Assembly: GCA_002403305.1 (NCBI GenBank)
Contig: DHHM01000023.1
Coordinates: 1,365 to 65,364 of the forward strand
From: Bacteroidales bacterium UBA4772
GTDB lineage: Bacteria; Bacteroidota; Bacteroidia; Bacteroidales; VadinHA17
Direction: 5' to 3'
Length of the DNA stretch: 64,000 nucleotides
Shown here: positions 45,108-55,415 of the stretch, in pieces
How the letters are laid out: every line of letters starts with the position of its first letter
Position numbering within the stretch: the stretch's first letter is position 1
The notes under the pieces: generated by a model
What the model saw: only the letters and a program-made list of their open reading frames with translations
Databases searched by the model: none
What the model was told of the DNA's origin: nothing
Translations under genes and position numbers: made by a program

Positions 45108-46325
45108 TTACATGGACGGGAATCCCCTGATACTCCCCGGGGTGGTTCTGTGCAGGTCGAAAATGATTATCTCATTTTCTCCTGTTTTGAGCCAGGGGGC
45201 AGGACAGTATAGTCGGGTCTGCGGGCCGATCTCCCAGTACCTTCCAAGGTTATGTCCGTTGACCCATACAAAGCCCTTTACAAAGTTTGTCATGTCGATA
45301 AAAGTGTCTGCCGTTGTCTCCAGTTCAAATGTTCCCCTGAAGAATATGCCAGGCTTTTCACCGGGAGTCCCTGCCGGCTTCAGCGCGGAGATGAATTCCT
45401 CATCCATCGGGTATCCGTACACCTCCCAGTTCATCAACGTCATGCCGTTGAGTGTCACCCTGTCGGTAATGCCCTTGCGGTCGATCATTGAGTGGGCAAA
45501 GTTTATACGCCCCATCCCCTCGACAAAAATCTCAAGAAGGGGATATCGACTCTCACCCCGAGGAATATCGATAGAATTAATACCAAGACGGCGGTCAAGC
45601 GTTCCTATGTACTTGCCGTCAAGGAAGACGGTGGCATAGTCATGCAGATCAATGACAGTCAGCTTTCCGCCCTTGTGCCCGATTAAGCGTGTAGTGTAGA
45701 GCATGAACCCGTAGTCCTGGCCGTACATCTCAAATGGCCGGGGCTGCACTGAGTGTATGGGAGCAGGCATGTTATCCCAGATGGAGGTCAGTGGCACAAG
45801 CTCCGTCTCCGGGAAGCTCATTGCAGGAACAGGATCCGGTATGGGAGGGAGCCTGGCACTCTTCGGGAGGTATAATCCTATCAGTTTTCTCAGCGCCATG
45901 TACTTGGGCGTAGCCCTTCCCTGTTCATTTATGGGTGCGTCATAATCGTAACTGGTAAGGTCAGGTTCATAGCCCTTGCCTCCAGAGTTGGCCCCGGCGG
46001 TAAAGCCGAAGTTCGTACCGCCGTGTATCACATAGAAGTTAAACGATTTGCGGCTATCCATCAGGAACTTCACCTCCCGCAGCTGTGCGCCCGTGGCAGG
46101 TCGTGCCCAATCCTCTCCCCAGTGTGTCAGCCAGCCAGGGTAGGTCTCGCTGGAGAAGACAGGCACGCCGGGATTCATCCTGCGTGCCAGCTCAAAGTCA
46201 TCTTCGTCGCTTCCGGAATCCAGTCCTACCGCACAACCTGGCAGCGTACCCGCCTCAAGCATGTATGTCGTTGGCCCGCCGCATGTGAGATCAGCATCAG
46301 AAGGGTAATCACAATGGAAGATAAC
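45108..46325 (-). pseudogene. 5'-truncated GH35 beta-galactosidase remnant
   Basis: It aligns to human/bacterial GH35 only from about residue 230 onward: SSETYPGWLTHWGE (nucleophile region), GGTNFGFTAGAN, TSYDYDAPINEQG. In-frame similarity continues upstream of the first ATG to a stop at 46326-46328. The TIM-barrel N-half with the NEY acid/base is absent. Confidence 0.65.
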
Positions 46326-46378
46326 TTATGATTGCCTGTCATAATGCCGTTTTTTATTGATTATCCTAAAACTCTCAA

Positions 46379-47845
46379 TCAGAGGGAGGCTTTATCCCAT
46401 AGAGGCAGGATCTGTTTTTTGAACTCCTCCTTTTCCCTTATCAGGGATTCCATATCAAGGCCAATCGATTTCTGTGCGGCAGCCCTGGAAGAGATGTCGG
46501 GAACGGTGATATCCCTGATTCCCATGCCGGTCAATATTGATGCAAGGTCTATCCTGGCTTCGAGGCCCTTCATGATGCCGTTGCTCAGCACCGAGGCCAT
46601 TTCAATGGGTGCGTGGAATGACCCGCCGTGACTTGCGGCACAAAAGTCCCATCTCCACTGTGCCTGCCTTATAAGCCTGAGCACCGGTTCCATGGTCCTG
46701 TCATCCGCTCCGGCATCCCATGCAGCTTTTGCTTCATAATGGGCGACAACGAGTATATCTTCGAGGTAGTTTCTCAGGGCAGCTATCTTATCCTGTCTTT
46801 CATATACATTGTTCATGAGCTCCTCCTCGCTCTGCCTGTGACATACCGAACATGTAGAGGAGATCATATTCAGCGGGCTCTGTACATGGTGGCTGGTGTA
46901 TTTAACCCCTCCCTCAGCCACGAATGGCATGTGGCAATCGGCACATGCCACGCCGCGCTGCGCGTGAATACCTGTTTTGAACAGTTCGTAGTCGGGATGC
47001 TGAGCTTTCAGCATCGGTGCCTTGCTGATGGCATGTGTCCAGTCGGCAAACTCATAGCTGTCGTAGTATTTTTCCATGTCGTCGGCAGTCATACCCTCAT
47101 CCCACGGTAAGGTAAGGTATTTGCCCTCACCCCTGAAATAGTACTCGACATGGCACTGGGCGCATACGAGGCTGCGCATCTCCTGGTGGCCCGCGTCGCT
47201 TATGTCGCGGCCCTGACGCTCAAAGGCCTCCCTGAGTGCAGGGCGCGTGATGGTGAGGGTCATGTCTTCAGGATTGTGACAGTCGCCGCAACCGATGGTG
47301 TTGGTTATCTCGGGACCAAGTGCTGACCAGGTGGAGCTGTAGAAGCTCTCAGCACCCATCTTATTAATCATGCGGGGCACATCAGGACTCTTGCACGTCC
47401 AGCATGTTGCAGGCTGGGGACCGGCGTCAGGCGTGAGGGGTCCTCCGGTACGAAGCGTGTTCCGGTTATCCTCGATAGCATAGTAGTGTCCTCTTGCCTG
47501 TTTGTAATCTTTTGAGAATGAGTAGCCTGCCCACAAGACGACCAGTTCGGGGTCAGTGGTCAGGATATCCAGCGGCTTGCTGCCGGCATGTTTGCTCCTG
47601 AAGGAGGTATCGGCAGTCATCAGCCACGACTGGTATTCACGTGGATAGAACTTCCCCCAGACGCTGTTGTCCGTCTCAAAGGGCTGCAGGTCTGTCGGCG
47701 GGCGGTAGGCGTACTTTGCTTCACTGCGCCTTTCAACAACTGATGAAGCGAGCATGCCGAGGAGGAACACCACTGCAACGGTTGCCAGGAACAGCAGCCA
47801 GCCCAGCCACGGTTTGTTTGATATTGCTTCCTTAATGCTTGTCAT
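46379..47845 (-). CDS. nrfA: Pentahaem cytochrome c nitrite reductase
   Basis: The CWTCK (CxxCK) haem 1 motif plus CGDCH, CAQCH, CADCH and CSVCH, with an N-terminal membrane/signal anchor. Confidence 0.92.
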   Translation of the reverse strand: MTSIKEAISNKPWLGWLLFLATVAVVFLLGMLASSVVERRSEAKYAYRPPTDLQPFETDNSVWGKFYPREYQSWLMTADTSFRSKHAGSKPLDILTTDPELVVLWAGYSFSKDYKQARGHYYAIEDNRNTLRTGGPLTPDAGPQPATCWTCKSPDVPRMINKMGAESFYSSTWSALGPEITNTIGCGDCHNPEDMTLTITRPALREAFERQGRDISDAGHQEMRSLVCAQCHVEYYFRGEGKYLTLPWDEGMTADDMEKYYDSYEFADWTHAISKAPMLKAQHPDYELFKTGIHAQRGVACADCHMPFVAEGGVKYTSHHVQSPLNMISSTCSVCHRQSEEELMNNVYERQDKIAALRNYLEDILVVAHYEAKAAWDAGADDRTMEPVLRLIRQAQWRWDFCAASHGGSFHAPIEMASVLSNGIMKGLEARIDLASILTGMGIRDITVPDISSRAAAQKSIGLDMESLIREKEEFKKQILPLWDKASL

Positions 47846-47867
47846 GGGTGTGGGTATTGAGAGTTAG

Positions 47868-48422
47868 CTAAAGGTTATCCTTGAGAGCAGGGGTTATGGC
47901 GAAGGGTGTTGAAGAGATGCTGTTAACCCTGTCGTGCGGAGTGTAGCGGTGACAGTCGAGGCACTGTCTTTCACGCCTTCCCGTCAGTGCTTCGGCGGGC
48001 ATGCCGGGGCCGTCACTGAAGAGTGAGGCATGACAGCGGAGGCAGTTTTCCTGAACCACTTTTTTGCCGGCCTCCCTGATATAGATAGCCTGCGGTTCGT
48101 TGCGCAGCGTGAAGACCGTGGAGTGGCGCAGACCGTCGGAGGCCTTGAAGTAATATTTTCTTATGAAGCTGTCATGTGGCACATGGCACTCGTTGCAGTC
48201 AGTGATGGCACGGTGGGCACTGTGCGACCAGGTGGCAAACTGCGGAGTCATAATGTGACAGTTGATACAGACCCTGGGGTCATCGGAGAGATATGAGGTG
48301 GCGTTTGATATCTTCAGAAGGAAAAGAAACAGGCCTGTGAACATACCCAGCGTCATGATGACCGGGATGCGCCATCGGGGCGGCGGTGTGAAGAAACTGA
48401 TCAGTTTATATTGTCTGCTCAT
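47868..48422 (-). CDS. nrfH: NrfH tetrahaem quinol dehydrogenase (NapC/NirT family)
   Basis: TM anchor and four CxxCH motifs (CINCH, CNECH, CLRCH, CLDCH). It lies directly upstream of nrfA. Confidence 0.9.
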   Translation of the reverse strand: MSRQYKLISFFTPPPRWRIPVIMTLGMFTGLFLFLLKISNATSYLSDDPRVCINCHIMTPQFATWSHSAHRAITDCNECHVPHDSFIRKYYFKASDGLRHSTVFTLRNEPQAIYIREAGKKVVQENCLRCHASLFSDGPGMPAEALTGRRERQCLDCHRYTPHDRVNSISSTPFAITPALKDNL

Positions 48423-48480
48423 CGAAGGCGTTTGTTACCGGTCCTGTTTTGTTTCCAGCCTCGCGCGATTTTCAGTGCGA

Positions 48481-49017
48481 TTAACCCTGGGTGAAATTTA
48501 TGAAGCAGAGAGCCACGAGGGCTGTTCCGTATCTCTTGTCTATTGTCAGTGACTCCCTTATGACGGTAGGCTCACCGAGGTAGTACTGAGAGAAGGTTCT
48601 GTCATGAAGATCATTGAGGACAGTATAGAGCCTCTCCTCGAGAGCTTCCATGTCAAAGTAACCTGCCAGTTCACAGACAAGTCCTCCCACCTTCTCCTCG
48701 CAGGTTTCATCAGTATACATCCATGCAAATATGACACCGGCTGAGATATGCTCACCGTAATAGCCGTTAGCTACAGCCATGATCGTACACAGTTCGGATC
48801 CGTAGGGAGGCATATCTATCTCGTCAAGAGTCATCAGTTTAGCTGTCGCCGGCAGCACTGACGAGTAGTTCATGATGTTGTATTCGGCGATGCCCGCATC
48901 GTACAGTGCCATATGGTATGACCCGGGGTGAAGGGCATATTCACTGCATCCTGAACCTTTGGTTACAAAAAATTCATGCGGGATCCTGTTATTGGTGACT
49001 TTGACCATTTTGCGCAA
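48481..49017 (-). CDS. Pyruvoyl-dependent arginine decarboxylase
   Basis: NRIPHEFFVTKGSGCSEY...GSYHMALYDAGI..YNIM.YSSVLP matches the PvlArgDC family pattern, including the self-cleavage region. Confidence 0.8.
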   Translation of the reverse strand: MRKMVKVTNNRIPHEFFVTKGSGCSEYALHPGSYHMALYDAGIAEYNIMNYSSVLPATAKLMTLDEIDMPPYGSELCTIMAVANGYYGEHISAGVIFAWMYTDETCEEKVGGLVCELAGYFDMEALEERLYTVLNDLHDRTFSQYYLGEPTVIRESLTIDKRYGTALVALCFINFTQG

Positions 49018-49032
49018 TAGAGTTTAGTTTAT

Positions 49033-52000
49033 TTGCCGGGTAATTCCGAGTCTTGGCAAATATACCCAAAAATAAAAAATGAAACCGCAACTCACAGGAA
49101 GCTGATAAAAATTATAAATTGCTCAGCTAAACGAGAGACTGTGATCCGACGATGCGTAACAGTGCTGGTGCTGTTGTTCCTGATAAGCATGGTGGCTGAC
49201 GGGGAGGTTAAGAATATCGGCACTCCATACATACGCAATTTCACCAAGGATGACTACCGTGGCGGCACTCAGAACTGGGGAGCCGCACAGGATAGTCGGG
49301 GGTTCATGTACTTTGCCAACAATGACGGGCTTCTGGTCTTTGACGGCGAGCAGTGGCAGCTTTACACAATGCCTAACCGGTCCATGGTAAGGTCGGTATA
49401 CATTGACGAGTCCGGAGATATTTACATTGGAGCCTATAATGATCTGGGAAAGATGGTCTGGTCAGAGAATGGGAAAATGACCTTCAGATCGCTAAAGGAT
49501 TTGATTCCTGAAGAAAACCGGAATTTTGACGATGTGTGGCATATATGTCAGTTCAGGGATAAAATTGTATTTCAGACCTATGATGCTGCCTATTTTTTCA
49601 GGGAGGGCAGTCCGGTTGCTGTTCTTAAGGCTCCCTCGAGATTCCAGAACTCATTCAATGTAAGAGGCAGACTCATTTTCAACGATGCTGAGAACGGACT
49701 GATGGAATATGACGGCACCGTGCTTTCCGGGATTGACGGATGCAGTCCTCTTTCCGGGGAGGAGATCATCTCCATGATGCCGAAGGGTGAAGAAAACGAT
49801 ATCCTTGTCTGTACACCCGGCCGGGGACTTTTCATCTATGACGGCCGGGAGCTTGTGAGATGGAATGTTCCTGCCAGCAGGATGCTGATGAGTGACCAGA
49901 TATTCAGTGCTGTCAGACTACACGATGATAACTATGCTTTCGGTACAATACTCAACGGCTTGATGATAGTTGACAGTGAAGGAAACATAATCCAGCAGAT
50001 CAATAAAAAAAGGGGCTTGCAGGACAATACGATTCTGAATGTCTTTGCGGACCGTGCAGGTGATCTCTGGCTTCTGCTGAACAAAGGCATAGACTATCTG
50101 ACAGTCAATTCCCCGGTTAGGTTCATCCAGAATTCGGAGGGCTTTGGTGCCGGCTATGCCAGCGTAATTCATGACGGGAATATTTACCTCGGCACCAACC
50201 AGGGACTGTACGTAAAATCATGGGGGAGAGTGGATACGGAAGAGGATTACAGGATGATCGAGGGCACCGACGGTCAGGTCTGGCACCTGAGTGTTCACAG
50301 GGGAGTTCTGCTTTGCGGCCATAATAAGGGAACCTTCATTGTAGAAGGCGACCGGGCCAGGCTGATCAGCGATATACCGGGCGGGTGGAAATATCATGAG
50401 CTTAACAGCCATCCGGGATACCTGGTGGGGGGGACCTTCAGCGGAATCATTCTTTTCAGGTGGATGGAAGGATCATGGAAGTTTGTCGGGAGAATCGAGG
50501 GCTTTGGTGAATCATTCCGGGTGTTTGAGGAGGATGAGACGGGAGACCTCTGGATGAGCCACGGCTTCAAGGGTATCTTCAGGATTCGCCTGGGAAGCAC
50601 GCCGGATACAGTCTCATATTACAGGTTCTATAACTCAGATGATGGCCTGCCGTCAGACTATAACCTTGTCATCACCAGGCTAAGGGATAGGATAGTTGTG
50701 CTCTCCGAGGCGGGAATATTTGAGTACAGGCCTGAAGAAGACAGATTCACAAGCTCTCTCCGCTTCAACAGGCTCCTCACTCCTGTTGTGCGGTTCTCCT
50801 ATCTTATGGAAGACCGGGACGGAAATATCTGGTATGTTTCCGAAAACAGGGCAGGAGTGTTCAGGTTACGGGAAGACAGTACCTACAAGCATCTTACAGC
50901 ACCATTCCTTCCGCTCTCCGGTAAGTTCATCCTCGGTTTTGAATCGGTTTATTCATATTCCTCTGATCACCTCTTTTTAGGAACGGAAGACGGTTTTGCA
51001 CACTACTCAGCTAGGCATCATGCATCTGGTAATCAGGAGTTTTCAGTACATATTGTAAAAGCGGAGGCGCTGCATCAGGATACGGTTTTTTACTTAGGCG
51101 GAGGATCTGGCCCCGAACAGGTTCAGGAGAGGCCTTACAGCTTTAAGTTTCATAATAATGTAATCAGGTTCACCTTCACATCGCCGCTTTATGCCAACGC
51201 CGGTAATACAGAGTACAGCTGCATGCTGGAAGGATTTGATGACAGATGGTCAGGGTGGGGCAGGTCATTCACCAAGGAGTATTCAAACCTGCCGGACGGC
51301 AGATATACCTTCCGGGTAAAGGCAAGAGATATGCTGGGGACGGAAAGTCTTCCTGCCAAAGTGGAGTTTGTTATTGAACACCCCTGGTACAAGTCTCCGG
51401 CAGCATATGTGGGCTATTTAATTGCTTTGCTGGGCTTTGTTCTCTTTCTCGCAAGATTCATAAACTGGCGCATAGAGCTGTCGAAAAGAAGGGAGCGAAT
51501 TAACAGTCAGCGCATTTATGAAGCGAAGGAGCAGGAGTACATCAGGCAGGCTCTTGAAGCTGAGAAGGAGATAATCAGAATCCGGAATGAGAAGCTCAGG
51601 GCCGAGATGATACAACGCGACAAGGAGCTTGCCATTGAAGCCATGAACCTGGTGAATAAGAACGAGTTTTTGAACTCCCTGAAGGAGGATCTCACCATAC
51701 TGAAATCAATCTGCAGGGACGATTCGACCGGAAGCAGGATAAGTGATCTTTATTCCAGGATAACCAGGGAGGTTGACAACAATAAACAGATGGAGGTGTT
51801 CGCAAGAGCATTTGATGAGGTGCACGAAGAGTTCCTTGACCGTCTCAAGGCCAGGTACCCGACCCTGACTCCTACAGAATTAAGGCTCTGTGCTTTCCTT
51901 AAGATGAATATTAACACCAAAGAGATAGCTCCCCTCATGAATATCTCTGTCCGCGGAGTTGAGATATGCAGGTACAGGGTCAGAAAAAAGATGGGGATCA

Positions 52001-52041
52001 GCAGGGAAACAAATCTTACCACACATATTCTCAATTTGTAG
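49033..52041 (+). CDS. Membrane-anchored sensor-regulator: two-component-regulator propeller repeats, Y_Y_Y domain, TM helix, coiled coil, LuxR/GerE HTH
   Basis: NIGTPYIRNFTKDDYRGGTQNWG propeller start, Y_Y_Y region (YSCMLEGFDDRWSGW...RYTFRVKARD), TM AAYVGYLIALLGFVLFLA, and C-terminal LTPTELRLCAFLKMNINTKEIAPLMNISVRGVEICRYRVRKKMG. No kinase or receiver motifs. An in-frame GTG at 49141 is an alternative start. Confidence 0.8.
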   Translation: MPGNSESWQIYPKIKNETATHRKLIKIINCSAKRETVIRRCVTVLVLLFLISMVADGEVKNIGTPYIRNFTKDDYRGGTQNWGAAQDSRGFMYFANNDGLLVFDGEQWQLYTMPNRSMVRSVYIDESGDIYIGAYNDLGKMVWSENGKMTFRSLKDLIPEENRNFDDVWHICQFRDKIVFQTYDAAYFFREGSPVAVLKAPSRFQNSFNVRGRLIFNDAENGLMEYDGTVLSGIDGCSPLSGEEIISMMPKGEENDILVCTPGRGLFIYDGRELVRWNVPASRMLMSDQIFSAVRLHDDNYAFGTILNGLMIVDSEGNIIQQINKKRGLQDNTILNVFADRAGDLWLLLNKGIDYLTVNSPVRFIQNSEGFGAGYASVIHDGNIYLGTNQGLYVKSWGRVDTEEDYRMIEGTDGQVWHLSVHRGVLLCGHNKGTFIVEGDRARLISDIPGGWKYHELNSHPGYLVGGTFSGIILFRWMEGSWKFVGRIEGFGESFRVFEEDETGDLWMSHGFKGIFRIRLGSTPDTVSYYRFYNSDDGLPSDYNLVITRLRDRIVVLSEAGIFEYRPEEDRFTSSLRFNRLLTPVVRFSYLMEDRDGNIWYVSENRAGVFRLREDSTYKHLTAPFLPLSGKFILGFESVYSYSSDHLFLGTEDGFAHYSARHHASGNQEFSVHIVKAEALHQDTVFYLGGGSGPEQVQERPYSFKFHNNVIRFTFTSPLYANAGNTEYSCMLEGFDDRWSGWGRSFTKEYSNLPDGRYTFRVKARDMLGTESLPAKVEFVIEHPWYKSPAAYVGYLIALLGFVLFLARFINWRIELSKRRERINSQRIYEAKEQEYIRQALEAEKEIIRIRNEKLRAEMIQRDKELAIEAMNLVNKNEFLNSLKEDLTILKSICRDDSTGSRISDLYSRITREVDNNKQMEVFARAFDEVHEEFLDRLKARYPTLTPTELRLCAFLKMNINTKEIAPLMNISVRGVEICRYRVRKKMGISRETNLTTHILNL

Positions 52042-52297
52042 GAATTATTCGCATCTGTAGTATCATCATTTGTCTTTAGATGTAAGTCATCATACTAATT
52101 ATACCGGGGTAATAAGTATAATGTCAGATACATACAACACGTAGGTATCTGTAATTGATGTGTTGGCCAACTATGGCTGTTGTAGTATTTTTGATGTATT
52201 GTGATCTGTGCTAATGTATACCGGGTATTGTATATTTACACAATCTCGACGGCCTGGCCGGCGAGGCAAAGAAGATCAACTTATTTTATTAATTAAT

Positions 52298-52318
52298 CTA
52301 ACCTCTAACCTCTAATTC
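52298..52318. repeat. Short heptamer repeat (CTAACCT x2 plus CTAATTC)
   Basis: Read directly. It ends 6 nt before the susC ATG. Confidence 0.5.
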
Positions 52319-52324
52319 AAATCT

Positions 52325-55300
52325 ATGAAACAGACAATCATGACCCTTTTATTCATTGCATTTACCCTGGGGCTGAATGCCCAGGGGCTGCAGATAAAGG
52401 GGGTTGTAACGTCAGCTGACGACGGTCAGCCTGTTCCCGGGTTAAGTGTTTTCGTGAAGGGCACGACAACCGGGACCATGACTGACATTAACGGGTACTA
52501 CAGCCTTGACAATGTACCCATGAACTCAACGGTCGTCTTCTCCTTTGTGGGGATGAAGACGCAGGAGATAGTAGTGACGGAGAGTGCTGCTTATGATATC
52601 GTCATGGCCCCTGAAGTGGAGCTGATTGACGAGATAGTTGTAGTGGGATACGGTACTCAGAAAAAGAGCCTTGTTACCGGAGCTATCGCAAAGGTTGACG
52701 GCGATGATCTGCGCAAAGCGACAGACATGCGTGTCACGCAGGCTCTTCAGGGAAAGACTGCCGGGGTGGTCATCACGGCCAATTCCGGTCAGCCCGGATC
52801 GCAGATCTCAGTACGCATCAGGGGTGCCGGCACCAACGGTGATGCAGAGCCTCTCTATATCATTGACGGGCTCCCGATGAGCGGTGCGGGAACCGATTTC
52901 CTGAATGCCGCCGATATTGAATCCATCGAAGTGCTGAAGGACGCTGCCTCGGCTGCCATCTACGGTGCCCGCGGAGCAAACGGTGTCGTTCTTATCACAA
53001 CGAAGACCGGACGTACCGATACCAGGCTCACAGTCTCATACGACGGTTACTACGGTTTCCAGAATCCCTGGAAGAAGATCCCCATGCTCAATGCTAAGGA
53101 GTACATCATGCTTACCAATGAAGCATCCATCAATGGCGGACTGGGACCCAAGTTCACCCCGTCACAGATAGAAAGCTTCACCGCAGACACCGACTGGCAG
53201 GATGAGATGTTCTATTACAACGCACCCAAGCAAAACCATTCTCTTTCATTCATGGGAGGGAGCGACAAGCTGGAATACTCATCCTCTATTAATTACTTCA
53301 GCCAGGACGGTATTGTGGCAAAGGGGAAATCCAACTTTGAGAAAATCGGGTACAGACTTAATGCAGCCGGCACATTCGGGTTTTTCAAGCTGGGCGGCAA
53401 CGTAAACCTTGTCGGCATCACCAGCAGGGGTATAGCCACCAACGACCGCTTCGGGCTGGGGCTCAACCAGGCGCTGAATATGCCTCCGATTGTTCCGGTG
53501 ATGTTTTCCGACGGTTCATGGGCAACACCGGAAGCCTATGGCATCGGATTGCAGGAGATCACCAACCCCATTGCTATGATCAGTTACAACAACTCCAAAA
53601 CGAGGACATATAAGTTAATAGGTAACCTTTACGGGGAATTTGATTTTGGCAAGATGGCCAGGGCGCTTGAAGGACTTGTGTTCCGGACATCATTTGGCGG
53701 TGAATATGCCATTGTGAATAATGACTCCTATACTCCCGAGTATTACCTTGATGCCATGCATTTCAGCATAATTGACAGAGCCAATAAGTCGATTGACATC
53801 TATTCAAGGTGGAACTTCGAGAATGTGCTTACCTACTCAAAGTCGTTTGACGTACATAACCTGACACTTATGGCGGGTACTACCGCATTTAAGGATATGT
53901 ATGAAAATCTGTGGGGTTCAAAGAACGATCTGATCTTTGACGACTTTGAGCATTCATACCTTGACAATGCCACTGACCCGGAAAGTGCAAATGCAGGCGG
54001 CGGATATTCCGAGCATACCGTTGCGTCGCTCTTTGCCCGTGTCAATTACGACTTGCTCGACCGCTACATGCTGACTGCCACAATCAGGCGTGACGGCTCA
54101 TCGAGGTTCGGCGACGAGAACAAGTACGGCTATTTTCCCTCCGCCTCGATAGGATGGGTTATATCACGGGAACCCTTCATGCAAAACCTCACCAATGTGA
54201 TTGACATGCTAAAGTTAAGGGCCAGCTGGGGCCAGAACGGTAATGAGAGCATAGGCAACTTCGGCTATACATCGGTCATCGGAAACCAGAATATATATTA
54301 TTTTGGTGACAGCAAGACCCAGTACAACGGTACGCAACCTACCAGGATAGCCAACCCCTCACTTAAGTGGGAGACCTCAGAACAGACAAACTTCGGTATC
54401 GATCTTACAACCCTTGGTACCAGTCTGACAGTAACCCTTGACTATTACATCAAGAAGACCAAAGACTGGTTGGTGACAGCACCGGTACCCATGCTCGTTG
54501 GCAACTCTGCCCCGATCATCAACGGCGGTTCGGTACAGAACTCAGGTATTGAGGCAGAGATCAGCTACCGCAAGCAGCTTGGTGAACTCTATCTTAGTAC
54601 CTCTATCAATGGAGCGTTCAACAAGAGCGAGGTTCTTGACATACAGAATGCCGAGAAAAGGCTTCAGGGCGGTGACGGCGGATTTGGCCAGAGCGGCATA
54701 ATCTATGCAGAGATAGGCACACCGATGGGAGTCTTTTACGGAGTTAAGACTGACGGTATTTTCCAGACCCAGGAAGAGATTAACTCCTACGTCAGCTCCA
54801 CCGGATCGAAGATCCAGCCCAACGCCCAGCCCGGAGATATTAAATTTGTTGATGAAAACAGGGACGGTACCATCAGTGACGCCGACAGGGTCCAGATAGG
54901 AAGCCCCTTCCCTGATTTTACCGGAGGACTTAACCTGAGCGCAGAGATGTACGGATTTGACTTCAATATGTTTATCTACGCGGCACTCGGACAGGAGATC
55001 TACAGTGCCACCAGGAGGTATGACATGAACGGCACCAACTACAATGCCGAATGGCTGAACCGTTGGACCGGCGAAGGGACCTCGGATTTCTACCCTCGGG
55101 TGACATTTGTCGACAACAACCTGAACGGTAAGACGGTAAGCGACTTCTACATCCAGGATGGCAGCTTTGTCAGACTGAGGAACATCACTCTCGGTTACAC
55201 ACTTCCCAAGAGCATAACTGATGCTATCAGCCTGAGCAAACTGCGTCTCTACGTTTCAGCAGAGAACCTGTATACATTCACCAAATACACGGGTTATGAT

Positions 55301-55396
55301 CCGGAGATCGGGGGAGGAGTGTTTGACAACGGTATTGACCGTGGCATTTATCCCCAGGCGCGTACAATCATGACCGGTATCAGTGTTACATTCTAA
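52325..55396 (+). CDS. susC: SusC/RagA-family TonB-dependent outer-membrane transporter
   Basis: Carboxypeptidase-regulatory-like N-domain (GVVTSADDGQPVPGLSVFVKGTTTG..DINGYY), plug VVVGYGTQKKS, about 1020 aa, and a terminal F. Confidence 0.92.
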   Translation: MKQTIMTLLFIAFTLGLNAQGLQIKGVVTSADDGQPVPGLSVFVKGTTTGTMTDINGYYSLDNVPMNSTVVFSFVGMKTQEIVVTESAAYDIVMAPEVELIDEIVVVGYGTQKKSLVTGAIAKVDGDDLRKATDMRVTQALQGKTAGVVITANSGQPGSQISVRIRGAGTNGDAEPLYIIDGLPMSGAGTDFLNAADIESIEVLKDAASAAIYGARGANGVVLITTKTGRTDTRLTVSYDGYYGFQNPWKKIPMLNAKEYIMLTNEASINGGLGPKFTPSQIESFTADTDWQDEMFYYNAPKQNHSLSFMGGSDKLEYSSSINYFSQDGIVAKGKSNFEKIGYRLNAAGTFGFFKLGGNVNLVGITSRGIATNDRFGLGLNQALNMPPIVPVMFSDGSWATPEAYGIGLQEITNPIAMISYNNSKTRTYKLIGNLYGEFDFGKMARALEGLVFRTSFGGEYAIVNNDSYTPEYYLDAMHFSIIDRANKSIDIYSRWNFENVLTYSKSFDVHNLTLMAGTTAFKDMYENLWGSKNDLIFDDFEHSYLDNATDPESANAGGGYSEHTVASLFARVNYDLLDRYMLTATIRRDGSSRFGDENKYGYFPSASIGWVISREPFMQNLTNVIDMLKLRASWGQNGNESIGNFGYTSVIGNQNIYYFGDSKTQYNGTQPTRIANPSLKWETSEQTNFGIDLTTLGTSLTVTLDYYIKKTKDWLVTAPVPMLVGNSAPIINGGSVQNSGIEAEISYRKQLGELYLSTSINGAFNKSEVLDIQNAEKRLQGGDGGFGQSGIIYAEIGTPMGVFYGVKTDGIFQTQEEINSYVSSTGSKIQPNAQPGDIKFVDENRDGTISDADRVQIGSPFPDFTGGLNLSAEMYGFDFNMFIYAALGQEIYSATRRYDMNGTNYNAEWLNRWTGEGTSDFYPRVTFVDNNLNGKTVSDFYIQDGSFVRLRNITLGYTLPKSITDAISLSKLRLYVSAENLYTFTKYTGYDPEIGGGVFDNGIDRGIYPQARTIMTGISVTF

Positions 55397-55415
55397 CATG
55401 CAAATCAACAGAACT

